Positions 1-9,756 are shown, numbered from the stretch's first letter. The stretch: 64,000 nucleotides of DNA from Dehalococcoidia bacterium (GCA_029936815.1 JAPYRX010000004.1:20423-84422); one strand, 5' to 3'. Notes: generated from the sequence alone by a model not told the origin. Translations and numbers: made by a program.

Positions 1-1433
1 CTACTTTCGTTTGGAGAAATAAGATCATCTATGTAACCTTTTTCAGCTAACACGTAAGGTGACATCACTTCGTCCTTATATTTTTTTAATAACTCTTCTT
101 GAAGTTTTTTTGAGTTTTTCGATTTTGAAAGCTCTTTTTTGTGAATTAATTTAATTGCAGCTTCTGGTCCCATTACAGCAACTTCAGCAGTTGGCCATGC
201 ATAATTCAAATCACTTAATAAATTTTTACTGCTCATCACTATATAAGCCCCACCATATGCTTTCCTTATTATGATAGAAATTTTCGGAACCGTAGCTTCG
301 GCATAAGCATATAATAACTTTGCACCTCTTCTAATTATCCCGTTATGCTCCTGGTCAGTTCCTGGTAAAAATCCTGGTACATCAACTAAGCTTAAGATAG
401 GAATATTAAAGGCATCACAAAACCTGATATATCTAGCGGCTTTTTCTGAAGCTTTTATATCTAATGCTCCAGCCAAATGATTTGGTTGTTGTGCGATAAT
501 TCCTAAGTTTTTACCATTCAATTTCGAAAATCCTATAATTATATTTTTTGCATACTCATTTTGCACTTCTAAGAATGATTGATTATCTACAATATTTTTA
601 ATTATATTTTTCATATCGTATGACATGTTTGGATTTTCAGGGAGAATAGTAGAGAGATCATCCTTGTATTCTGGGTTTTTGGAATCAATGTCAGAAACAA
701 TTTCACTGTTATTTTGTGGAATATAATTTAATAATTTTCTGACATTTTCGTAACATTCTTTCTCAGTGTTATATACAAAATGTGCTACTCCACTTTTAGT
801 CATGTGAGATATACTTCCGCCTAATTCTTCGTGTGTTGTTTCTTCTCCTGTAACTTCTCTTACTACATCTGGTCCGGTAATGTACATTTGTCCAATATCT
901 TTAACCATAAATATAAAATCGGTAATTGCAGGAGAATATGTGGCACCACCTGCTGATGGGCCAACAATAATTGATATTTGTGGAACAACACCAGAGCTTC
1001 TAACATTTTTTGTGAATATTTTTCCATATCCAGCTAAGCTGTTAACTCCTTCTTGAATTCTTGCTCCTCCAGAGTCTATTATTCCTATTACCGGACATCC
1101 TGTGGAAATAGCAATATCCATGATTTTACAAATCTTGTTAGCAGAAGTAAGAGATAAAGATCCACCCATAACTGTGAAGTTCTGAGAATAAACACAAATG
1201 TTTTTACCATTGATTTTTCCTGTTCCTGTTACAACTGAATCTCCATGGATGTTTACATTTTCATCCATGGTAAATCTATCGATTTCATTAAATGAATCAC
1301 CATCTAAAAGTAATTTTATCCTTTCTAGCGAAGTTAGTTTTCCTTTTTTATGCTGAGCCTCAATTTTCTCTTTACCTCCACCTAATGAAGCTTTGTCTCG
1401 CAAATCATTTAATTTATTTATATTTTCTTGCAT
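1..1433 (-). CDS. Acyl-CoA carboxylase carboxyltransferase (beta) subunit, PccB/AccD5/methylmalonyl-CoA carboxyltransferase family; 3' end runs off the window
   Basis: Absent from the ORF track because it is truncated by the window edge. My minus-strand translation from the ATG at 1433..1431 reads MQENINKLNDLRDKASLGGGKEKIEAQHKKGKLTSLERIKLLLDGDSFNEIDRF...VMGGSLSLTSANKICKIMD...IIDSGGARIQEG...GPSAGGATYSPAITDFIFMV. This is the classic N-terminal carboxyltransferase domain. Confidence 0.85.
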   Translation of the reverse strand, partial: MQENINKLNDLRDKASLGGGKEKIEAQHKKGKLTSLERIKLLLDGDSFNEIDRFTMDENVNIHGDSVVTGTGKINGKNICVYSQNFTVMGGSLSLTSANKICKIMDIAISTGCPVIGIIDSGGARIQEGVNSLAGYGKIFTKNVRSSGVVPQISIIVGPSAGGATYSPAITDFIFMVKDIGQMYITGPDVVREVTGEETTHEELGGSISHMTKSGVAHFVYNTEKECYENVRKLLNYIPQNNSEIVSDIDSKNPEYKDDLSTILPENPNMSYDMKNIIKNIVDNQSFLEVQNEYAKNIIIGFSKLNGKNLGIIAQQPNHLAGALDIKASEKAARYIRFCDAFNIPILSLVDVPGFLPGTDQEHNGIIRRGAKLLYAYAEATVPKISIIIRKAYGGAYIVMSSKNLLSDLNYAWPTAEVAVMGPEAAIKLIHKKELSKSKNSKKLQEELLKKYKDEVMSPYVLAEKGYIDDLISPNES

Positions 1434-1437
1434 ATAA

Positions 1438-1617
1438 TTATTTAGGAGGAAGTAAGTTGGGTATTCCGTCTTTTATAGGAAATTTCAGATTACACGTTTT
1501 GTTTTGACATATTAATTCACCATCTATAACATCATCTTTTTCTTCAAGATTTATTGTTAGCAACAAATCTGATTTGCAAATAGGACAGGCTAAAATGTCA
1601 TTTAATTCTTTTTTCAT
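1438..1617 (-). CDS. Trm112/UPF0434 (YcaR-like) small zinc-ribbon protein, 59 aa
   Basis: The ORF is below the track's length cutoff. It reads MKKELNDILACPICKSDLLLTINLEEKDDVIDGELICQNKTCNLKFPIKDGIPNLLPPK, with CPxC...CxxxxC cysteines and an FPIxDGIPxLL tail. Its ATG at 1617..1615 abuts the stop of the upstream gene, and its TAA stop at 1440..1438 lies 4 nt before the carboxyltransferase start. Confidence 0.7.
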   Translation of the reverse strand: MKKELNDILACPICKSDLLLTINLEEKDDVIDGELICQNKTCNLKFPIKDGIPNLLPPK

Positions 1618-2070
1618 TTAGATTCTTAAAATATTTAATAATTCTGATAACAAAAATATAATTATAGTCATTGGAAAAATCAATTTAGATTGTAGCACTA
1701 ATTTAAAGATTTTATGATAAATAGTAGGTTTATTTAAATATATTGTTTTAAACCTACTCAAATATATTATTAACATTATCCAAATAAAAAGAAATAATTT
1801 TATTAATAATACACATATGTAAAACATTGAATTATCATTAATTTGTGCAAGATTGTTGAGAATTAAAATAACGCCTGTGATTACCAAGCTAGAAATTATA
1901 ATATTTGTCCAATCAATAAATTGTTTTGAGATTAAAGAAAAACCTTCATTGATTTTTACCAAATGGTTTATGTTTAATGATATTAATGATCCTGCAAACC
2001 AAGTGGATGCTGCGATTATGTGAATGAAACTAATTAAAAATTTTGTGATTTCAAGAATTTGATTAGTCAT
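1618..2070 (-). CDS. CopD-like integral membrane protein (about 4 TM)
   Basis: 150 aa and strongly hydrophobic. The N-terminal helix motif HIIAASTWFAGSL resembles the CopD-family H..AA..W.G signature. It overlaps the upstream TlpA-like gene by 8 nt. Confidence 0.45.
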   Translation of the reverse strand: MTNQILEITKFLISFIHIIAASTWFAGSLISLNINHLVKINEGFSLISKQFIDWTNIIISSLVITGVILILNNLAQINDNSMFYICVLLIKLFLFIWIMLIIYLSRFKTIYLNKPTIYHKIFKLVLQSKLIFPMTIIIFLLSELLNILRI

Positions 2071-2569
2071 TATATTCAGAATCTTCTATAAGTTTGATGG
2101 TGTTTTCAACCAAATCTTCATATTTTATATAACCGTCCCAAATAATGATTTCATCATTGATTTTTGAAACGAATAATGTGGTTGGAAATGAATTGATATT
2201 ATATTTCCTTATTGTTGAATTATCAGCATTGTATCCAAGTTTAAAAGACAAATTTAATTTTTTTGAAAATTTGATTCCTTCATCTATGTCGTCTATACCG
2301 ATCATTTGTATACCTATTATTTCCACATTGTCTTGATATTCTTTATATAATTTTTCAAAATGCGGAAGTTCTTTTGCACAAGGAGCACAAGAAGGAAACC
2401 AGAAGTTCAAAATATAAAAATCTTCAGTTATATCTTTACTTGTATAATTTTTTTGATCTGGTTGATATAGATCGATGTTAAAATTAATTTCCTTGCCAAT
2501 ATTAGTACACATGATAAGAGATAAGGAGATGCAAGTTGTTATTATTATCAATTTTATATGTTTAATCAT
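2063..2569 (-). CDS. TlpA/ResA-family thiol:disulfide oxidoreductase, probable lipoprotein
   Basis: There is an N-terminal signal with Cys (IIITTCISLSLIMC). The thioredoxin fold carries the motif WFPSCAPC (CxxC) and a conserved cis-Pro region (SFPTTLFV). Confidence 0.75.
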   Translation of the reverse strand: MIKHIKLIIITTCISLSLIMCTNIGKEINFNIDLYQPDQKNYTSKDITEDFYILNFWFPSCAPCAKELPHFEKLYKEYQDNVEIIGIQMIGIDDIDEGIKFSKKLNLSFKLGYNADNSTIRKYNINSFPTTLFVSKINDEIIIWDGYIKYEDLVENTIKLIEDSEYND

Positions 2570-3815
2570 TTTCTAATTCGTATTCACTAATAATTTCTTT
2601 ACCAAATTCTAATAAATCTTTTTTTCGTTTATCATCAATATCTTTGAAATTTTCTAAATATTTTTCAAATGTTTCAATGATTCCTAGATCTTCAGATAAT
2701 TTCACTTCATGTGTTTCTTTTTCTGTTATAAATGAGGGAATTATTGAAACTACGTTTTTAGCAGTAGATAATATTTTGTTGATCTCGGTGTTATTTATAC
2801 TTTCGAAATGTTCTCTTGTAGCTTCTATTTCAATTCTAATTATAGAATCTTTAATATATTCAGAAGATAATTTTTCTTGAATATATTTGTCAGGATATAT
2901 TTCGTTTTTAGGGATATGAATTTTTATTTCATTGAACGTACGAGCAGAGACTTTGATCTTTTTGTAATTAATCAATCTTTCTCCTTGTTTTTTATTTGTA
3001 TCTAATTCACATATATAAAATCCTTTTTCATCGTCTTTTTCACCGAAATCAACTCTTTCTAAACTTCCTGAATAAATCACTGGAGGGTTTTCATTAAGAA
3101 TTTGATCTTTATGTATGTGTCCAAGTCCTACATATTCAAATTCAGGTCTTATAAAAAACTGAGTTGATAATAGTGGATCATTTGTAATAGACATTAATGT
3201 TTCAGTACTTGTTTTTGCTTCCATCACACTTAAATGCCCTGAAAATATGCATGGTATATCTTTATTTAATTTTTCTAATTCGATTTTAATGCTAGAATCA
3301 AACATATTTACAATTGTTTGTGTGATTTCCTCTACTTTCATATTGGGATCATTTTTTCTAATACTTGAAGTGAAAGTTCCAAATCTGGGCCATGGCAACC
3401 CAATGATTTGTATTGGCCCACTATTTTTAGTATCAATTGTATAAAGTTTCAATTTATCTATTACTGTAACCTTATCTATATTCATAGTAGGGAAAATGTC
3501 TAGTGATGTTGCCCTTTGTTTTACCGCAGGAATATCATGATTACCCACTACTAATACAACAGGAATATTATTGTTTGTTAATTTTAATAACCTTTTGGAA
3601 AATTCTCTCAAATGAGTAGGAGTTGGGTTTCTCGTCTTGAATGCATCTCCAGCAAATAAAACTAAATCTACATCTTCTTCTATAGCGTAATTAATTAATT
3701 CATCGAATACATTTAGAAAGTCTACAATCCTATCATCTAATCCAGTTTCTAAATCAGTCGTTTTAGAATATCTTTCATACCCAATATGTAAATCGGAAAA
3801 GTGTAATACTTTCAA
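2562..3815 (-). CDS. sbcD: SbcD/Mre11-type metallophosphoesterase nuclease
   Basis: Calcineurin-like motifs appear in order: FSDLHIG, AGDAF, GNHD, SGH, GLGHIH. The length of 417 aa includes a C-terminal capping or dimerisation extension. Confidence 0.8.
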   Translation of the reverse strand: MKVLHFSDLHIGYERYSKTTDLETGLDDRIVDFLNVFDELINYAIEEDVDLVLFAGDAFKTRNPTPTHLREFSKRLLKLTNNNIPVVLVVGNHDIPAVKQRATSLDIFPTMNIDKVTVIDKLKLYTIDTKNSGPIQIIGLPWPRFGTFTSSIRKNDPNMKVEEITQTIVNMFDSSIKIELEKLNKDIPCIFSGHLSVMEAKTSTETLMSITNDPLLSTQFFIRPEFEYVGLGHIHKDQILNENPPVIYSGSLERVDFGEKDDEKGFYICELDTNKKQGERLINYKKIKVSARTFNEIKIHIPKNEIYPDKYIQEKLSSEYIKDSIIRIEIEATREHFESINNTEINKILSTAKNVVSIIPSFITEKETHEVKLSEDLGIIETFEKYLENFKDIDDKRKKDLLEFGKEIISEYELEND

Positions 3816-3840
3816 AAATGATTACCTTTTAAAATTGAAA

Positions 3841-5172
3841 TTAATAATCCTTTATTTCTTTAATAAGAGTGGAATGTAGTGAGTCTAAATTTACTCTTTC
3901 TTGAAGCATAGTATCTCTATTTCTTATAGTTACTTTATTATCTTCTAAAGAATCGAAATCTATAGTAATACATAAAGGTGTACCGATTTCATCTTGCCTA
4001 CGATATCTTCTTCCTATACTTTGAGTTTCATCATACTCAATTTTCCCTAAATCCCCTTTGGACAATAAATCCCTTTGTATTTTTTTTGATAATTCTGAAA
4101 GTTTTTGATCTTTGCTTAAAGGCAGTATTGCAACTTTTACAGGTGATATTTTAGGAGATAATTTCAATACAGTTCTAGTTTCATTATTAGACTCAACTTT
4201 TTCTTCATTGTAAGCATCTAGTAATGTTATTAATAATAGTCTGTCAACGCCAATTGATGGCTCTATAACATAAGGAGTATATCTTGTCTTTGTTGGTTCT
4301 TCAAATATACTAAAATTTTTCGAAGCAGATTTTGAATGTGAATCTAAATCAAAACTCCCACGATTTGCTATGCCTTGTAATTCTGCCCAACTCCAAGGGA
4401 ATTTGTATTCGATATCAGTAGTACCTTTGGAATAATGAGAAAGATCTTCTTGTTCATGTTCTCTCAATCTAAGATTAGACTTATCAATATTTAAACTCAG
4501 AATAAATTCCATACTATTATTAATCCATTCTTTATAATATTTTTCACTATCTTGAGGTTTAACAAAATACTCTATTTCCATCATTTCAAATTCTCGAGTT
4601 CTAAAAATGAAATTACCTGTGGTTATTTCATTTCTAAAAACTTTACCTATCTGAGCAACTCCAAAAGGAATTTTTTTTCTCGAAGTATTAATGATATTTT
4701 CGAAATTAACAAATATTCCTTGAGCTGTTTCAGGTCTTAAATATATTTCACTACTATCTGATACGACGGGGCCTATATTTGTTTTGAACATCATATTAAA
4801 TTCTCTTGGGTCATCAAATGAAGTATTTGAACATTTAAGGGTAGGGCATACACCCTTTGATATTTCTAGAGCATCTGATCTGAATCTAGCATTACAATCT
4901 TTACATTCTATTAAAGGATCCGAAAAATTTTGTACGTGCCCACTAGTTTCCCAAACTTTATTTAAAGACAAGATAGATGAATCTAGAGCTACAATGTCGT
5001 CTCTCATGTGAACATAATGATTCCACCAATAGTCTTTAATATTTTTTTTTAACTCTGCTCCTATTGGGCCATAATCCCAAGTGCTTGCTAATCCGCCGTA
5101 TATTTCACTGTTTTGAAATATAAAGCCTCGCCTTTTTGAAAGAGATGTTAGTTTATCTATTATTGATTCCAA
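3841..5172 (-). CDS. glyQS: Glycine--tRNA ligase, single-chain alpha2 type
   Basis: 443 aa. Class II motifs are present (FRNEITTGNFIFRTREFEMMEIEYF, GVDRLLL) and the N-terminus KRRGFIFQNSEIYGG is typical of GlyQS. Confidence 0.95.
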   Translation of the reverse strand: MESIIDKLTSLSKRRGFIFQNSEIYGGLASTWDYGPIGAELKKNIKDYWWNHYVHMRDDIVALDSSILSLNKVWETSGHVQNFSDPLIECKDCNARFRSDALEISKGVCPTLKCSNTSFDDPREFNMMFKTNIGPVVSDSSEIYLRPETAQGIFVNFENIINTSRKKIPFGVAQIGKVFRNEITTGNFIFRTREFEMMEIEYFVKPQDSEKYYKEWINNSMEFILSLNIDKSNLRLREHEQEDLSHYSKGTTDIEYKFPWSWAELQGIANRGSFDLDSHSKSASKNFSIFEEPTKTRYTPYVIEPSIGVDRLLLITLLDAYNEEKVESNNETRTVLKLSPKISPVKVAILPLSKDQKLSELSKKIQRDLLSKGDLGKIEYDETQSIGRRYRRQDEIGTPLCITIDFDSLEDNKVTIRNRDTMLQERVNLDSLHSTLIKEIKDY

Positions 5173-5181
5173 TATTAATCC

Positions 5182-7215
5182 TTACAAGAATAAAGGAGCA
5201 AAAACTACAGAAATAATAGTCATAAGTTTTATTAAAATATTAAGAGCAGGGCCTGAAGTGTCTTTGAAGGGGTCTCCTACAGTATCACCAACAACTGCAG
5301 CAGAATGTGCATCAGATCCTTTTCCGCCTAACTTTCCTGATTCTATATATTTTTTAGCATTATCCCAAGCACCACCAGAGTTAGCCATCATTATCGCTAA
5401 TAAAAATCCTGATGCTATTGCGCCAGCTAGCATTGCCCCAAGAGCTTCTTTCCCTATGATAAATCCAGTTGCTATAGGAACTATAATTGCCAGTAATCCT
5501 GGAAGAATCATTGCTTTTAGTGAACCATCTGTACTTATCTCAACGGCTCTTGCATAATCAGCAACCGCTTTACCTTCCAGTAATCCTTCAATTTCTCTGA
5601 ATTGGCGTCTTACTTCATTAACCATATCTATAGCCGCAGATCCTACAGCTTGCATTGTTAGGGCAGAAAAAATAAATGGCATAAGAGCTCCAATTATTAA
5701 CCCAATTAAAACTTTTATTTCTAATAAATTAATGGCCTTAATGTCTGCAATGAGTGCATAAGAAAACAATAGCGCTCCAGCAGTTAGTACCGCTGAACCA
5801 ATTGCAAATCCCTTTCCTGTTGCAGCTGTGGTATTACCTAAAGAATCTAATGCATCAGTTCTTTCTCTTACTTCAGGATTTAGTTTTGCTTGCTCAGCAA
5901 TTCCTCCTGCATTATCTGCCACAGGTCCATACGCATCTGTAGCAAGAGTTATTCCTAGTGTAGATAACATTCCTACAGCGGCAAGGGCTATTCCATAATA
6001 ACCACCAAGCATATGTGCGATAAACATGGAAATAATAATAACAATTGTTGGAATTATTGTGCTTATCATCCCTAGTCCTAATCCCCCTATTATTATGGTT
6101 GCTGCACCAGTTTTAGCTTGTTCTGCGAGGTTTCTAGTGTACTTATATTCATATGAAGTAGTTATTTCTGAAGCAGTACCGATAATCACTCCTGCAATTA
6201 AACCTGTAAGAATAATTAAAAATACTTCCATAGGAAACACATCAGTTATCGACATTACTAATGTACTAGCCAATACAATTAGTCCTGCTGAAAAAATTCC
6301 CGTTCTAAGTGACCATAATAAACTTCCCATACTAGCGCCATCTTTGGTTCTTACTAAAAATGTGCCGATAATTGAACTTATTATCCCTACAGATGCTATA
6401 AAGAAAGGTAGTAATGTAGCTGATTGATCTGAAATAGTAAAAGTGACCGCAGATACTAAGGTCATGGTAGCAATTATAGAACCTACATAAGATTCAAACA
6501 AATCAGCTCCCATGCCAGCAACATCGCCAACATTGTCACCAACATTGTCTGCTATGGTTGCTGGGTTTCTTGGATCATCTTCAGGAATCCCTGCTTCTAG
6601 TTTCCCCACTAAATCTGCACCTACATCAGCTGCTTTTGTATAAATGCCTCCTCCAACTCTAGCAAATAAAGCTATTGTTGAAGCACCAAATCCAAATCCT
6701 GCGGCAGCACTTGGATTATCAAATAATAAATGTATTAAAGTAATTCCTAATAATCCGATTGATACAACAGAAATTCCCATTACCGCACCACTGTTAAAAG
6801 CTATTCTCAGTGCAGGGTTTAATCCCTTCATTGCTTGTACGGTCGTTCTATAGTTCGCTCTTACGGCTATTGACATACCTACAAATCCTGCAATGGCTGA
6901 ACCCACTGCCCCGATAACATAAGATATAGCAATTGGGGTTACTGCACTTGATTCTGTGGAAGAATCTATCTTATTTAATAAATCAAGATCTAAAACTAAA
7001 GCTATAATTGTTGATACTAATAAAACAACAACACTTAAGACTCTATACTCTTTAGAAATAAATGCCATAGCGCCTTCCTTGATGGCATTTCCAATAAATT
7101 GTACATCTTTATTCCCTTCATCCTGTTTTATTATTTTGTATGATAAATAGCATGCAAATATTAATCCAATTACAGGAATGATTATAGACATCATTAATAT
7201 TATATTTTCATTCAT
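5182..7215 (-). CDS. hppA: Membrane-integral ion-translocating pyrophosphatase (K+-dependent-type signature)
   Basis: 677 aa and polytopic. Motifs seen are DNVGDNVGDVAGMGADLFESY, GNTTAATGKGFAIGSA and VGDTVGDPFKDTSGPALNILIKLM. Confidence 0.95.
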   Translation of the reverse strand: MNENIILMMSIIIPVIGLIFACYLSYKIIKQDEGNKDVQFIGNAIKEGAMAFISKEYRVLSVVVLLVSTIIALVLDLDLLNKIDSSTESSAVTPIAISYVIGAVGSAIAGFVGMSIAVRANYRTTVQAMKGLNPALRIAFNSGAVMGISVVSIGLLGITLIHLLFDNPSAAAGFGFGASTIALFARVGGGIYTKAADVGADLVGKLEAGIPEDDPRNPATIADNVGDNVGDVAGMGADLFESYVGSIIATMTLVSAVTFTISDQSATLLPFFIASVGIISSIIGTFLVRTKDGASMGSLLWSLRTGIFSAGLIVLASTLVMSITDVFPMEVFLIILTGLIAGVIIGTASEITTSYEYKYTRNLAEQAKTGAATIIIGGLGLGMISTIIPTIVIIISMFIAHMLGGYYGIALAAVGMLSTLGITLATDAYGPVADNAGGIAEQAKLNPEVRERTDALDSLGNTTAATGKGFAIGSAVLTAGALLFSYALIADIKAINLLEIKVLIGLIIGALMPFIFSALTMQAVGSAAIDMVNEVRRQFREIEGLLEGKAVADYARAVEISTDGSLKAMILPGLLAIIVPIATGFIIGKEALGAMLAGAIASGFLLAIMMANSGGAWDNAKKYIESGKLGGKGSDAHSAAVVGDTVGDPFKDTSGPALNILIKLMTIISVVFAPLFL

Positions 7216-7264
7216 GTTTATTACCTCGGTATTATTTTTTTTTATTATATTACTAAATTAAAAT

Positions 7265-7891
7265 TCAATTGTTCAATATTTCGTTAAATTTATTCAATGA
7301 ATCTATAGGGTTTTGTGATTTAATTATTGCAGAAACAACACATATTGAATCAGCTCCTGAATCTATCACAGATGAAGCGTTATCAATATTTATTCCACCT
7401 ATGCCAACAATTGGAATATCAGATAATTTGTGAGCTTCTTTAATCAGATTTAACCCTACAATATTTCTATCTAATTTACCCATTGTGCTTGTTTCAAAAA
7501 CTTTACCTATAGCCATATAATTTACTCCTTGAGTAATTGAAGCATTGATTTCATTAATATTATTATTTGAAGTTCCAATTATTTGATTTGTATTCATTAT
7601 TGTCTTGCAGTATTCAATTGAATTATCATTTTGTCCAATATGGACTCCATCTGCTTTTACTTCTTTGGCTAAAATTGGAGAATCATTAACGATAAATGTA
7701 ATATTATATTTATCACATATTAATTTAATATTTTTAGATATAGTCACTTTATCTTCGAAATTATTTTTCTTATCTCTATATTGGATTATACTTATGCCTG
7801 ATTTTGCTAGGTCAGAGCATAATTTAAATATATTATTTGTTTCACCAGGGTCAACAATTGTATAAATCCCTTTTATTATTTTATCATTCAT
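7265..7891 (-). CDS. thiE: Thiamine-phosphate synthase
   Basis: 208 aa with TIM-barrel ThiE patterns (IIQYRDK, ADGVHIGQND, VGIGGI). It ends in TGA. Its start overlaps rnhB by 8 nt. Confidence 0.85.
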   Translation of the reverse strand: MNDKIIKGIYTIVDPGETNNIFKLCSDLAKSGISIIQYRDKKNNFEDKVTISKNIKLICDKYNITFIVNDSPILAKEVKADGVHIGQNDNSIEYCKTIMNTNQIIGTSNNNINEINASITQGVNYMAIGKVFETSTMGKLDRNIVGLNLIKEAHKLSDIPIVGIGGINIDNASSVIDSGADSICVVSAIIKSQNPIDSLNKFNEILNN

Positions 7892-8519
7892 TTATATAGT
7901 CAACTCCCTTGATTTTAAAACTTTTTCTGTGGTGATTTGTTTTACCATGTAATTTTATAGATTCAATATGTTTTTTTGTACCATATCCTTTATTGTTTTT
8001 CAAATCATATATCTCATTGTTTTTATTTAAATTTATCATATAGTTATCACGTTCTACTTTAGCAATTATGGACCCAGAAGCTATAGATAATGACTTTTGA
8101 TCCCCTTTGATTATATTTGTTTGTTCATATTTGGAATCTTTTAACGTTATTGCATCTATTAATAAATGATCAGGATCAGTTATTAAATCTCCTAATGACC
8201 TTTTTATCGCTAATTCGATCGATTGATTAATCCCTAATTTATCTATTTCTTCAACAGATGCCCATCCAGTACTATAGGAAACTGCAATTTTGACTAATAT
8301 TTCATATAAATATAATCGTTTTTTCCCTGACAATTTTTTACTGTCATTTATTCCAATATCAATTAAATATTGTTCTGTTTTGTTATTTATATCAAATATA
8401 ATTGACCCTACTACTACAGGGCCTGCTAATGTTCCTCTTCCTACCTCGTCGATGCCAACAATATACTTGGCTCCTTGATTCGATATTGATTTCTCATAAC
8501 GAAAATCAGGATGAGACAT
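7884..8519 (-). CDS. rnhB: Ribonuclease HII
   Basis: GIDEVGRGTLAGPVV is the catalytic DE motif. DSKKLS and GSIIAK are also conserved. Confidence 0.9.
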   Translation of the reverse strand: MSHPDFRYEKSISNQGAKYIVGIDEVGRGTLAGPVVVGSIIFDINNKTEQYLIDIGINDSKKLSGKKRLYLYEILVKIAVSYSTGWASVEEIDKLGINQSIELAIKRSLGDLITDPDHLLIDAITLKDSKYEQTNIIKGDQKSLSIASGSIIAKVERDNYMINLNKNNEIYDLKNNKGYGTKKHIESIKLHGKTNHHRKSFKIKGVDYINE

Positions 8520-9630
8520 TGACTGGTTTTAGATTTGTACTCATAACTTCATCTATAATCCCACCACCAATAACTTCTTCCCCTTCTGATTTTATGTCAT
8601 AAAAAACAACTGCTTGCCCAGGAGTAATAGCTCTTTGTGGTTCCTCAAATATAATATTAGCAGTATTATTAGAAGTTAATTTTACTTTAGCTTTAAACAA
8701 CTTTGATTTATATCTGATTTTTACATATGCAGAAAAGTCTTTCTTTATCATCGCAGTGTCTTGAATGTTTATATATATTACACTAAATTCGTTTTGAAAA
8801 AGAAAATCATGTGGCCCAACAATTACTGAATTATCCTCTTTAGAAATTTTAATAACAAAATATGGAATTTTCCCGTTTGAATCTAAACCAAGTTTTCGTC
8901 TTTGACCTATTGTAAAAGACTGAATTCCGTCATGGTTTCCCAAAAAATTACCATTAATATCTATTATTTTACCTGGAGTAGGATTGGTTCTTTCCATTAT
9001 GAATTGCCTATAATTTCCATTTGGGATGAAACATATGTCTTGACTATCAGGTTTGTTGGCAACAGGTAAATTGTACTTCTCCGCAATTTCTCTTATTTTA
9101 TCTTTTCCGTATTCCCCTACAGGAAGTAATAAATTCTTTAATTCTTTTTGTTTTAATGTAAAAAGAACATAAGATTGATCTTTATTCCCATCTAAGCCTT
9201 TTAGTAGTTTATATGTATCATTTTGTTTTTTTATTCTTGCATAATGCCCAGTAGCAATCAGTTCTGAACCCAAATTCTGTGCTCTACCAAACAAAAAATC
9301 AAATTTAATTTTATCGTTACAAGCTAGGCATGGATGAGGAGTTTTGCCTTCTACATAAGAATTGACAAAATAATCTACAACATATTTTTGAAATTCTTCT
9401 TCAAAATTCAAATGATAATGTTTGATTCCTAGAATATCACATACTCTTCTTGCATCTTCTACATCCTCTACTGAACAACATCTTTTATTATTCTTTGGAG
9501 CATTACCATCATCTTTAGACCATAATCTCATAGTAACACCTACAACGTCATAACCTTGTTCTTTTAACAAAACTGCAGCAACAGATGAATCAACACCTCC
9601 ACTCATTGCCACTACTACTCTTTTTTTCAT
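8506..9630 (-). CDS. mnmA: tRNA-specific 2-thiouridylase
   Basis: VAMSGGVDSSVAA is the PP-loop. Also present are CCSVEDVEDARRVC, ATGHYAR and the C-terminal beta-barrel region. Confidence 0.95.
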   Translation of the reverse strand: MKKRVVVAMSGGVDSSVAAVLLKEQGYDVVGVTMRLWSKDDGNAPKNNKRCCSVEDVEDARRVCDILGIKHYHLNFEEEFQKYVVDYFVNSYVEGKTPHPCLACNDKIKFDFLFGRAQNLGSELIATGHYARIKKQNDTYKLLKGLDGNKDQSYVLFTLKQKELKNLLLPVGEYGKDKIREIAEKYNLPVANKPDSQDICFIPNGNYRQFIMERTNPTPGKIIDINGNFLGNHDGIQSFTIGQRRKLGLDSNGKIPYFVIKISKEDNSVIVGPHDFLFQNEFSVIYINIQDTAMIKKDFSAYVKIRYKSKLFKAKVKLTSNNTANIIFEEPQRAITPGQAVVFYDIKSEGEEVIGGGIIDEVMSTNLKPVNVSS

Positions 9631-9756
9631 AATTTTTCTTATTTAAAGGGATTTACAATTTCAGATTACGATCATATCATTATATTGATAATACTTTAAA
9701 CATATTTATTATCTGTTTTTATTAAATTATTTTAATGATTCTAAAAATTAATTATT

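Noticed and set aside
1292-1507. A plus-strand 71-aa ORF at the start of the window.
   Set aside because: It overlaps the N-terminus of the carboxyltransferase and most of the Trm112-like gene on the minus strand, and both of those have clear family signatures.
5258-6853. Several plus-strand track ORFs lie inside hppA (5258..5557, 5754..5942, 6026..6427, 6644..6853). Similar antisense ORFs lie inside acs (19611..21137), metH (30165..30371, 31545..31973), the MFS genes (14863..15078, 28468..28833), the E1 gene (48745..49462) and ppsA (58625..58861, 60539..60853).
   Set aside because: Each lies wholly within a longer opposite-strand gene that has unmistakable family motifs. Their translations are low-complexity with no recognisable motifs. 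They are shadow ORFs.
7885-7900. A TPP riboswitch in front of thiE.
   Set aside because: The thiE start overlaps the rnhB stop by 8 nt, so there is no leader region.
9685-9712. A sigma70-like promoter, TTGATA-N16-TATTAT, upstream of rsfS, and similar hexamers in other gaps.
   Set aside because: In DNA this AT-rich, TATAAT-like and TTGACA-like hexamers occur by chance throughout, including inside genes. Without transcript data I cannot support individual promoter calls.
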